A stretch of 62,675 bases of DNA, counting the filler, from Choristocarpus tenellus KU-1152 (lineage: Eukaryota; Protista; Phaeophyceae): the NCBI GenBank assembly GCA_964200185.2. It is 9 parts of 9 records of this genome, joined end to end, with 100 filler letters (N's around TTAATTAATTAA, not from the genome) between each part and the next. Parts side by side here need not be neighbours in the genome. Positions count along the whole stretch, not along the records: positions 5,115 to 14,576 come from CAXNAD020003656.1; positions 14,677 to 28,018 come from CAXNAD020001517.1; 7 more parts are not named here. One strand, written 5' to 3'. Made by a program: the position numbers and the translations under genes. Shown here one piece after another: positions 10,606 through 21,945 of this stretch. Each line of letters begins with the position of its first letter. Within the stretch, counting starts at the first letter, position 1. The notes under the pieces were generated by a model. The model had not been told where the DNA came from. It was given only the letters and a program-made list of their open reading frames with translations, and made no database searches.

Positions 10606-13137
10606 ATGACGACAAAGACGACAACCGGGTCAATCAAAATAAGAGATAAGCATGTTGTCTGTAAGGAGACTGGATCACCGTTCGATGCTACCCCAATCCA
10701 AACTATTCAGGTACTCCAAATTGAGACGCTCGTGCATGGTGAGGTTGGGGTTGCTTGATGCTTGAGGGCAGGATGTATCGATTAGGGAGGATGAAGTACC
10801 ACTACTCTTTGTTGAAGGTAACTTCGGGAGAAATTACAGGGAAAATGTACCCCCAAGCTTGCCTATTGAAAGCCTGTATTACTTGTGCACCCATTACCTC
10901 TGGGATTCATCATACCTCGTATGCTCCATTCCTCCCATACTCGATATATTATTTTCAGCTCCGACCTGGGGGGCATGATACACTCCCGGCCAGGCCAGTC
11001 GATGTATCAGCATTCTCCTACTGTAAGAGAACAGCGCGTCCTGGTCCCCAAGGTTTCCTTAAGCGTGGAACTGGGAACGGGGGAACTGTTACGCCTCCTC
11101 CGCATGGAGAGTGTAAGAAAGAGATTACCAAGCCTCAGCTAAAGACAACAAAGCTTCGGGACTTCCAGGCAAGAGCTTGAGCAAGGGTACTATCAGGAAA
11201 AACTGTTCTATTGACAGGTACTTGGGCACTGATAGGATGTAGTCAGTTGTACGAAGGGGTTTTACTGTGCTGTGGATAGTATCGACATGAATAAAATCTA
11301 TCACATACTATTTGCATTTCGACCTTCTCCAGGCCTTTGCTGAGCGTCCCAACCCTCCTAACACTGAGTTCCGGAGATTTTACGAAAGGGGTGATCTTCC
11401 TGTTCAGATCGATCATGGGGGTGTGCACAATCGCATCGCTTGGAAAGTGGACATCCAAAAGGTGACCATACCCTCCATCCATTGTGCTAAGTGAGGGTCT
11501 CCAAACAAGACTGATCAAAGTAGTATTGGTTTCAGGAACTGTCTCGAAATTAGTATGAGTTCGTTCTCCCTATTCAAAGCCGCAAACTGGTCGATAAATA
11601 GCACTACATTGAGAACCAGATCGGCTCCTCTGCCAGGTACGTAACACCATGTTCTTCTCCTAACTTTGAGGTACAAAGTTCTATGAAGATACACAAGCGA
11701 ACAGACCTTCCCACTTCCTTCATCAGTCTTATTTCTACAATTTAATAATCTGATATACTACTCTAGAACACCTCCTGGGCTGCCATGCATATCATTCCTT
11801 TGCCACTCAACGCCTAATGGTGGTGACATGTTGCTATCACGATGTACCACCAGTTGGACTTTCATCACTACCTGCCTATATTCTTTGATGGGCTGCGAGA
11901 GCTAGAGATGCCTTACGCTTTCCTGGCTGAGCAGGGGGTCTATGACATGCTCAGTGCTGGATCCAACAAAGTTTTGCCAGTCATCCCCCAGCTCATCATC
12001 CCCATCAAAAGTGAGTTATTGTGTTCTTGTGGTGGATTACAGTTGATCTATGAATGTGATGCGCCCCTTGGTTTGCCGTCTGGTCGCGGACAATCTCTCC
12101 ATATTGACCAGCTGAAAGACAACCTCTGAAACGAAATCAGCAGTGTAGAGCGTGGTCAGGAATGAGATACAATACTGCCATACCCTACAGTCACAACTAG
12201 GATCCCTTACATGGCTCAATTCATACAAGATCTTCACCTTGTCTACTCGTTTACAATCAGTCCCACTCCTCTTTGAGCGCTACATGTGCTTCGAAATGCT
12301 TGAAGTGTTGACACTGATGGATAAATTAATGGCAACTGTCACGTAGCCAGTTTTCATTCCTGTTCTCTTCCTACCCCACAGCTGCCCTCAATACACGTCA
12401 GAAGGGGGTAATTGTCAAGGTACTCAAGGTGCTGCAGGCGCTGGTTACGTGTGACCAAGGACAAGGTGGGCAGGGTCTCATTGGTCAGGCGCTTGTGCCC
12501 TATTACCGGCAGATCCTGCCTGTGTTGAACATCTTCATACGGAAAAATGGTGAGGCTAGTCACAAGATTGATAGACATTTGAAAACACCAGACATGTCCA
12601 CATCAAGGAATTGTCTCGGTGTACCGTTAAATTGGGAAGTATCCATCCCTGCAACCTTGAGCGTTTGGGGCTGAGGTTAGTGCCCCATCTGTCTGAGTGA
12701 AAGCATCTTAGAGGGTATGAGTTTTGCCCTGTTTGTCCATTTGGGGCTTGGCTTCCCACGGGTTTATAATGGCATTTTATCTATTTCGAAATTTTTCAGA
12801 GTAGGAAAAATGTATGCGCTATGAAAAGGTGTGTCTGGACCATGGATATTGACACTTCCTAACAAACACAATAGTCAAAATTACATCAAAATCGCAAAAT
12901 TGGATTTTGGCCCCCAAACGGACATGGCTCTACCCTCTAAGATACTTTGACTCTCCTGCCTTCCACGCATGTCAAGATAATCTCGGAGATTCCATTGATT
13001 ATGGCCAGCAGAGGAGAGAGAACCTCGGGGAGTTGATCATGGAGACATTAGAGGCATTTGAGGTAAATGGGGGCGAGGATGCCTTCATCAACATCAAGTA
13101 TCTTGTTCCTGTCTTCCAGAGTGTGGTCATTAACTGA
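10606..13137 (+). CDS. PACRG: Parkin co-regulated protein (flagellar inner junction protein); exons 10606-10710, 10959-11168, 11333-11461, 11854-12010, 12382-12549, 12977-13137
   Basis: The spliced product contains [68 protein letters not shown] and [11 protein letters not shown]. Splice phases are consistent. The first two exons are less certain. Confidence 0.95.
12695..12953 (-). mobile_element. MITE family A, copy 6, in the last PACRG intron
   Basis: Full TIRs; flanks TCT/TCC (imperfect duplication). Confidence 0.93.
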
Positions 13138-14404
13138 TGGAGACTTACTTCCAGTTGTTACTGCTGACATCTTTCCTAGGGGGATAAGGGCAGGATTTGT
13201 TCGCTGAGTGGGTTGGGCTCCTCGAGCAGAAGCATGCACTGTTCCTGATTGGGACTTTGGTCGTAAGCTAGTGGTTTCGTGGACCAGAGCAGCTGGATTC
13301 GATTGGTTGGAGTCAGTGTAATAAAATAGCTTGACAGCTCCTTACCTTCTTCTGTGGAGGTGGTGAAGAAGAAGCATGCCGTGTTTCTCATTGTCTGTTT
13401 CTATCTAGCTGGGAGTTCTGTTGTAGAGCTGATGATCTCGTAGGCCCGAACAGCTGGAGTAGAAGATGGGATGGTGTCTGTACAGTAAATCGTCCGACAG
13501 CTTCTTACCTCCCCGTGTGGAGAAAGTCCAGAAAATTGTGTTACGCATCAGATAACAAACACTTGACATTTTGTTATCGATGTTGTTTTGATGTAGAACC
13601 AAGAGTAAATAGTGCTGTCACAACACTGGGGAACTGCCTGGCCTGTCTGTTACGGCAAATATATATTACCTTTAAGCAGTGCTTTCTAAATCGAAACATT
13701 TGAGGGGGAGTGCATATATTTATCAAGACCTGGTTGCAATGGGAGAGAGGGTCATAGCCTCCCTAGTTTCAATCACCTCATCATTTCTCACTTGTTGTAT
13801 GTGCACCAATGAAGGATGGAAGTCAATTGTGAGTCAAGTCAAGCATGTTGGGGAACGGAGTAGGAGAGTGAAAACTGACCATCTGACCTGACTGACCATG
13901 AAAGCACGAGTAAGACGTGTCTGGTATTTTTAATGTTCGTGTCGTTTGTTGGCGATGTTGGCAAGGACCACGTGGATAGGTAGTGGGTAGAAGGGGGGGG
14001 GTGAAAATACCTTGCCGGAAAGTGCCCTTTAATTTCAATGAACGAACAACACTTAGTGCATAAATTATTGAAAGGATCTGTCGTACTCAGTTGTAGATAT
14101 TTGACATTATTTTGAATGGGTGTTGGGGCGGGGTTAGTCCCTCTGTGGTGCTAAGGAGTGCTCTGCCCAACCTTAAGTGTGATAGCACAGCATTTGTTTT
14201 CCGACACATTGTCAAAATGAGTTGATAAATGATAAGCATATGCATGGAGGAAAGTTTGAACTGTGTAGTGTAGATCTTTTATCACAATACTTCGGTCAGT
14301 AATGATACTGACAGTTTCTGTGTACCCTAGCTATGCCCCTCTCAAAGTCTTGTTCGCTCATTGTTCATTTCAAGGTAGCAATACATCATGACTACTTAAT
14401 GCAA

Positions 14405-14576
14405 GGGCTCAAGTATCAGGGGGGGGTAGACGGCTGTCCATTTGGGGCCCATTTTTTCATGTCGCGATTTTTGGGTGGTTTGGTTGCATGCGTCAGATGG
14501 ACAATAAGAGTGCACTTTTCCTGATCAGGGCCTGAATGGACACCCTGGTGTAGTCCCCCCCCCCCCTCCCCCCCCC
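14405..14576. mobile_element. MITE family B (poly-G/poly-C subterminal tracts)
   Basis: GGGCTCAAGTATCAGGGGGGG...GTCCATTTGGGG...ATGTCGCGATTTT...ATGGACACCCTGGTGTAGT-poly(C); homologous to the copies at 32641 and 44523. Confidence 0.85.
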
Positions 14577-14676
14577 NNNNNNNNNNNNNNNNNNNNNNNN
14601 NNNNNNNNNNNNNNNNNNNNTTAATTAATTAANNNNNNNNNNNNNNNNNNNNNNNNNNNNNNNNNNNNNNNNNNNN
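14577..14676. other. Artificial contig spacer
   Basis: Same N/TTAATTAATTAA linker. Confidence 0.98.
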
Positions 14677-15355
14677 CACATCGATATGCATACAATAAAC
14701 ACCAACTGTACATCCCACCACCTTAATAGAGCCAGTGCCGATAAAGGCAGGGTCAACATCCAGTCTTCCTGCCTGTCAGCATGACTTCCACACCTTACCT
14801 TGGCACAGGTTAAATTTTTATTGTTCCTGCAAATTCATCAGGGTCCAACGTAGCACTCTTAACTATTATTGATACTGTGTTAACTCTGCATTGAGTGAGA
14901 AACACACATAGCCTACAATATTTACTAGCCGCAGACTTGACCTTTGGTAAAGTCCAGCATCTTCCCACCATCATACATCAGCACTACCCTGCCCACAACC
15001 AAATAGTGCAACGAATGCCCCCTAGTCTTGAACCTTCCCAACATATCCAAAAAGCAAGTGGATTCAGCCTCCCATTATACCCACAACTAGCTCCCCCTAA
15101 AATGGGGCATATTTAGCAGGCTCTGTCTGAAGGCATTTGAGGTATATTTGCACAAAGCACACCTACACATAACGGCGTACCCTCTTCCTCTACAGCAGCA
15201 CAAATAGTGCACTGCACACAAATCACTTGAAAGTACAATACAGTATTACACTAGCAGTAGTTAACAAGAATACCATGCTAGTTCACAGTGCCAACAAACA
15301 CCACCTCTTTAGCACCACTATTCCACTACATAACGTACTAAATCAATGGACACAC

Positions 15356-18300
15356 CTGTGACCCAGTCCCCCGCCCCCCAAAGATGCCCAGGCTGGAGCC
15401 TGCCCCCTGGTGCTTCATCCCAGCATGACGAATGTTGTTCACACCACACACTGGTTGTAGACCATGCTGCCCACTGAGGACAGACCTGTGGCGTCATTGT
15501 CAAATAAAAGTGGAGGGGGAGAGGGGGAGGCAGGGAGAGGTAGAGGGGAGGAATGATTTTACCTTCTTGCACCTGGTATTCAATGAGAGCCAAAAAGCCG
15601 GGTGGCAGGGGGGGGGAGAAATAAGGAGAAACAAACGTCAAGAGGAGAAACAATTGCACTATAAATTCAAAGATTAGAATACTCACTATACGATAACTAC
15701 TAGCATGTGCTTTGGTTTGAAAAAAGAAACTAAAACGAACAAAGAAGATCCATACCACAAAGAAACTAAAACCGAAAAACACCTACACACAAACACCAAA
15801 CTTCAACATGTCACTGTCCTAGCATTGACAAGCGCAAACCAACACCAGCCCGTGAACAGCGACAGCAATAGCAACAGCAACAACACACACACACAACACA
15901 CAACACACACACACACACACAACACACACACACACACAACACACACACACACACAACACACACACACACACACACACAAAACACTCACACACACAAAACA
16001 CTTAACTGTTGAGGCCATTCACATCCAGGCTCCCTGATGTCACATAGCGGTACAACGCGCTGTGGGGTGTCATGTTGAAGTCCCCACATAAAATAACCCC
16101 GTCTGCCTCAAACCGTGCAACGGCTCTAATACACCACAACACAGAAAGGGCCACAGCAGCAGGGTAAGCGTGCCAAAAAAGGGTAAATCAGACTGGGGCT
16201 TCAACGATATCCGTTGAGGTTAAGGTGTGAGGGTGGGTGAGGGTTGAAGTAGGATTCTTTGCTTGTGCTCAATTTCTCGTTTAAAGTGGGGTTAGGGTTA
16301 GGGTTAGGGTTAGGGTTACTAAAAAAAGTATGCTAATAGTATGTTACAAAATCAATGCGAATCCTGCTTTAGCACCTAAAGCGAACATTCACTTGAACCA
16401 GATACATAAAACCAACTCAGGAGTTGAGCGGCTGAGTGTTGAGGGTAGAAAGCAGGGTGCATCTTAACCGGGCTGAGTCTTCAACGGAGAACATTGCCGT
16501 ACCAAAGAAAGGGAAGATGACTGTATACTACAGATAAATAGCAAATAGGTCTATCTATACATCAATAGGGCTCTGAATCTGCAACAACAGCTCTCGGTCG
16601 CACCCGACTAATCACAACTACTTGTGTATATACATACTCAATAACTGCAATTCAAGATTAACAAGATCAGGCCCATCATACATCAAGCTTATCTTCGATC
16701 AAGTACAGTCCAATATTGTGCACAAACCCGCTTTAGCATCAAGTTTGCAATGTGAGCGGTGTAGGGGAGGAAAAAAAAAAGAAAAAAAGGCTTTTGATTC
16801 TTCTTCAGTCCTTATTGCGGACCTCTTCTAACAACAAAATGTGAAACAGAAAGAACCCTAACCCTAGCTAACAAAAACTCTTAACCAATCATCATGATCA
16901 TCATCATCACCAAAGAGGAACATACAGATGTCCTTTTTCCCTACAGTTCAAAAACTTTCACACACGAAGTATGCCGATGACCCTTTGTTCGTCTCTGAGA
17001 AGCCCATGGTCTAAATTGAGAGTGCAAGGATTTTAACTCTCAATTAACACAGAGGAGATCAATCATGTTACTACCAACTCTTTCAAGTAACCAATATACA
17101 TCACAACAGCTTCTGATGATAAGTAGCAAACACTTCATGGGTGAAAAAGACTTGGTGTAATCTCTTGATTACTATTTATTTCAACCACAAGTATAGCTCA
17201 CGTTATAAACAAATTTACTTCCTCTCCATTTTTTTTATTCTGAATAGAAATCATGTTCAAGAGTAGAACCAAAAACGCCACCCTGGACAAGACAGTGAAA
17301 ATATCACAATTGGTTGGCACTATAAACACATAGCTCACTCCAAACATAAACTAAATGTAAATACACATTTCCTCTCACTCTGAAACCAGGGTCAAATGAT
17401 TCTTCATATGTAGGATGTGTCTGTTACGAGTATCTCTTTGTTCAACACTGATGAGTATTCTATTCACATAATCTCTTTGTTCAACACTGATGAGTATTCT
17501 ATTCACATAATCTCTTTGTTCAACACTGATGAGTATTCTATTCACATAATCTATTTTTTCAACACTGATGAGTATTCTATTCACATAATCTATTTGTTCA
17601 ACAACACCATAATTAATTCAACGTACTTGCATACCCACCTACTATAATTTTTCCACATCCCCCTAACCTTAAACCTACCCAAACTTCTCAGGTTCCAACT
17701 TGAATCAATGAAAACCAAATAACCCCAAAAACACAATCACACCCACAGCACAGCAGCCCTAATCCTCCGCAATTTGCCATACCAAAGTCCTCTCACCGTT
17801 CCAGCCTCTGCATAAGCACCATGAGCTGTGCAAGCTTAACATCTCCCCGCTTTGGGTTGAATAGAAGATGTGTGTTGGCTATCACAACTCTTGAAGCTCC
17901 TTCTGGACGTGGCTGGAGGCACCGACGGTGCCTCTTTCCACCCTTACCATCCCTCCCCCCCCCCGCCCCTTTCTCCTGCCCTGTATGAGAATCAGCACAC
18001 CTGTTACCCAGCTGGGTCCTTGCACCAGGCAACAAATCTGCCACCACCAAGATCGCAACATTGTCCCTAATTGTAATGGAGGAGTGCATTTCAGGGAAGG
18101 GGATGGTGGGGCCAGGGCCAGTGGATATTATTTGGGGCGGTGGAGATCATGGCGATGGCACTGTTGGGCTGTGAATGAGACAAACCCTAACCCTAACCTA
18201 CGTATCACAAACGGCCGACGATGTTTGAAAGTATAATGGCTTTGTTTCCAAACACAGGTGCCCAAAAAGTGAGCAGTACGCCTACCAAAGTATTGAAACC

Positions 18301-19583
18301 ATTGTGTGCAACAAGAGTGCTGTCATATTATCGTAAACATTCTACATTACTTACTCGATCACACTTTGAACAAAAGCACGCCAGAAAAAAAACAAACAGG
18401 CTCTGACTTACAAAAGTAGCCGTATCACAACCGTTACCTTCCCAAGAAGTCTACCAACTGGTCAAACCTACAACTGATCTACGGGCAATGCATCAATAAT
18501 CTCTGCGCGATATCATAGGACTGTTTTCAAAGCCCGGTCAATTCTAAAAGGGGGGAAACTAAAAAAAAAATATAAAAAAAAGAGGCATAAATAAGGCAGG
18601 CACAAAAAATATCCGCAAGTGTTCAACAACATACATGCATGTCTGCAACAGCACCAGCGGAGTCCTGTTGTCCATACACTTGTCATGCAGGTCAGAATTT
18701 TGACTATTTTTCAGGGCCACACAGCAACCTCCCTTCACCCCCCACACACCAGATAGACAGGTGGTCATTTGAGGGAACCTGTTTTCCCTACGATTTCATC
18801 AGTATCTCCATTTCATCAGTATCTCCATCTCCCCTTCCCCTCCTCGAACACAACCCCACCCTCCTGCCCCCGATACTGTCCTTAACTACTAACCTCATGT
18901 GGAATCGCACCTGTCCAGCACAGGGTGGCCAGGTTGATTGTACTCCACCTGTTCAACGTCTACCACCCTGATTCCCCCTGCCCCCCCCCCAACCTTCAAA
19001 AACGTTGCGCATCCATCCTGTTTATCCCCAGTGCGACTGCAAAGAAATCCTTTGAAACCAAGGGCTTCCTGGAATCACAGATAAAAATGGCAGTATGGAT
19101 GGAGGAGGACGGGAGGGGGGGGGTTCACATTAGTGAATAGGAATATGTACATGTCAATGTTGTTTGTAATGACAACTTACAAAGCTGATGATTGTTGTAC
19201 GATATGGTAAGGTAGAGATTGAAGGGGGGGGGGAAAGTCTTGCAGAGTCAATGCACAGCATTAATGTTGACATCATAGCTACAACATGTTCCAGAAGATA
19301 CAGACAATTCCCTTCCTGCCACTTGAAGAAGTTGTGTTCCCAGCAAAAAGAAGGCGGCATATATGACTTTCATCGCTCGAGATCATTGGGGAGGGCAGGA
19401 ATAAGAAAACAAAAGCATAGCCCCAACCTCAACCAACACACCTCTTCTTTGTGTACCAGAATCTCTCCATTTACTTCGTTTTTCATCCAACAGTAGAGAG
19501 AGTACAACCGCAGGCATAAATCAAAGGCAGAGATGGATAGTGCTTGCACATACAGGGAGAACAAGAAATACATCAAAGGCCAC

Positions 19584-19629
<46 letters not shown>

Positions 19630-21479
19630 CCAATCTTCTTCCCTTGAGGTACATACCAAAGCTGAGGGGGCAGGGAAATGACTACAGGAAGATAGCACAT
19701 AAATTCAATCCAATTTCCTACACAGGCTATGTATCATGTTGGTATGGATGGCGCTCTTCACACCAATCTTACCACATGCCCCCTCAAAATTGCCCCTACT
19801 CTGCTAACGTTTCAAATCTTACCAAAAAACCCTAGCCTGATGATGGTGTACTCGATAAAGAATAAAAAAAATGTGTGATCAGATTGGACATGCAAAGAGG
19901 GGGGGGCAGACACTCTGTGCTTGGTGTAGTGTAGGTATTGGGGCTATGATGTGCGAAGGGAGAATTAGGTGGAATTGCATTTAGAGGGTAGAAGAGGGGT
20001 GGGGGTACAGCTGCATCAGATCACTTCCACACCATCTCAGGCTGATAGAGATCTTGGAACTTGTCCTCGTCAACCTCCTGCAGACAGACCACATCAGGTG
20101 AAAATTCCAACACCTGTGTGGTGTGTGAGTGAGTGTGTGCAAGGGTGCATGCACATGTTTGAGCCAGTCACAGAGGGACTGTAGTCACGAGCATGGCAGA
20201 AGAACACACACAGTCGCACAAAAAGTGTAATAAGAGTTTACTGTTGAAGAATAATCAAATGTAAGGTCGTGGGTAGAACACAAAAAAAGGCATGGGGTGG
20301 GGGGCAGATGATGCCCTGAAGACACAAGTTGAGATAGCTGCAGATTTAAAGCCTGCAAATTTCAATGTGTTGCCTACCATCTCGAGATGTCCAACCCTAC
20401 ACTCCAGTTTTAAAATAATTGCAATCACTACTCAAAAAATGTCACCTATACATATCTCGGTCTCCCCAGGACAAGAACCCCCTAAAGTTGCGGATTTTGG
20501 AAGACACAATCCAACCTATCCAGATGAATGGGGAATGTAATGTACCTTGGAATTCTTTTATATGCACTATCCAAGAATCACATTGAGGATGCGAGTGACA
20601 TTAATGGTGTAACCACACAATGTTGCTCTATCTCAACCACACCCAAAGTGGTATTTTTGAGGGTTGGTATCATTTCATGCTTCGTGCCCACCTACCTTGG
20701 ACAGAGTGCGTAGTGGCCTCGCCTGCCACGCTTGCTTTGTCCACCCTTTGCAGTATGGAATATAATTCAGATCCACCAAGCTGTCTGCAAGGACATTATA
20801 GGAAACTACCATGAGATGTCGTCGAAAAGTATTAGCCAACAACTCAAACCCTGCATTACCGTCCGCTAACTGCTCTGCAATCTTCAACTGCAAATCTGGT
20901 GGTATCCTCTCATCATGTTGGTACATCGTCCACGGGCGGCCACCCACAGTGTGCAAGGGCCGTTGAAAATTGTGATTGTGACCCCAAAGATTATCCTGTA
21001 AGGGGTGCAGGAGTACGAGCAATGGAAAGGGGTTGGGCAACTACTGGGCACTGATCCGACGTTGTATCTAAAAATTATTTTCTAGGGTGAGAAAACGTTC
21101 TTCAGCTCCAGTCCATGTACGGCGGCGGCGGGAGAGGGCACTTCACATCCACCCAGCGGCAGTCGACCATCACGAACCCGTGTTGGTTGTTTCCAGATCA
21201 TCATATGGTAAACAGATCGAAGAAGTGTGTGAAGTTCTTACCATACCACAAGTGCTACTGACAGATCTAAAACATCTCATGCAGAGCTTTCGTTAGCTAG
21301 AGGACACCACGTCGTCCAAATCCCCTGTCAACATAAACACTCCCCTGTACCTGTGCACGCCCTTGTCGACCAGGACCCCCCCCTAAATATTTTCCTTTCT
21401 TCCGGAGGGAAGGATTCATTTTATTAGATCGGCGCCTGCTATCCTTTTGTTTACCCCTACGGCATCCTTCTTCATCCAT
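15356..21479 (-). CDS. Angel/CCR4-like EEP-superfamily nuclease/phosphatase, 3'-partial; exons 21479-21351, 20995-20696, 20113-20033, 19068-18911, 18066-17797, 16125-16006, 15485-15356
   Basis: The spliced frame gives the motifs VVSYNVLA, DVVCLQEVD, RTGDKQDGCATF, LDRDNVA, ANTHLLFNPKRGDVKLAQ, LCGDFNMTPHS and GLNRSVLSGQ in the order expected for Angel homologues. Confidence 0.9.
15881..15995. repeat. Imperfect (CA)n microsatellite, intronic
   Basis: Direct reading. Confidence 0.95.
16211..16487. mobile_element. Degenerate inverted-repeat element with central (GGGTTA)5
   Basis: Inverted pairs CCGTTGA/TCAACGG, GGTTAAG/CTTAACC and AGGATTC/GAATCCT surround the telomeric array at 16289-16318. Confidence 0.5.
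17432..17603. repeat. 39-bp minisatellite, about 4.4 copies, intronic
   Basis: Unit ATCTCTTTGTTCAACACTGATGAGTATTCTATTCACATA repeated head to tail with no spacers. Confidence 0.95.
19588..19626. repeat. (CT)n microsatellite
   Basis: Direct reading. Confidence 0.95.
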
Positions 21480-21945
21480 ATATGCGTTATATATATATTT
21501 GCAGTCGAGATCGTGCAACAGATCCTGCTACGATCTGCAAATGCGAATACAGTCGCCACAGAATTTGAGCGGGGTTATCACGCTATGACTCTCCTAAACA
21601 AGCGTAGGAAAGGAGAGAGAAAATGGTAGCTTATGTCAGGTTTCAGCTCGAGGGATTTATGTTCTTGGTCAGTTCATAGTAATAGGTGTTGGCGTGAACA
21701 GTGGAGAATAGAGTTGGAAACACTTGAGTTTGGGTATTGATAATTAGGCATTATGAAATATTTTCTTCTTCTCCATCTCACCCCTCACACAACCCACACA
21801 ACAAAACAACATATCAACGAAACAAGAGAGGTGACCAACACCAAAATCATCTTTCAAACTAACCCTAACCCTAAGTCATCCAAAAAATATAACAGACTAC
21901 TGTGTTGTAAAGCGAGAGAGAGACTCTATCTACGTGGTAGAGGAA

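Noticed and set aside
15705-16037. His/Thr-rich and Cys/Val-rich ORFs
   Set aside because: Translations of the (CA)n microsatellite.
16289-16318. TTAGGG array as a chromosome end
   Set aside because: Only about 5 units, internal to an intron and flanked by non-telomeric sequence.
17432-17603. 39-bp repeat as a CRISPR array or repeat peptide
   Set aside because: There are no unique spacers; it is a head-to-tail minisatellite inside an intron of a eukaryotic gene with no cas genes nearby.
18985-19010. Apparent in-frame TGA (selenocysteine or recoding) after DGCATF
   Set aside because: Careful base counting gives TTT TTG AAG (F-L-K), so the frame is open.
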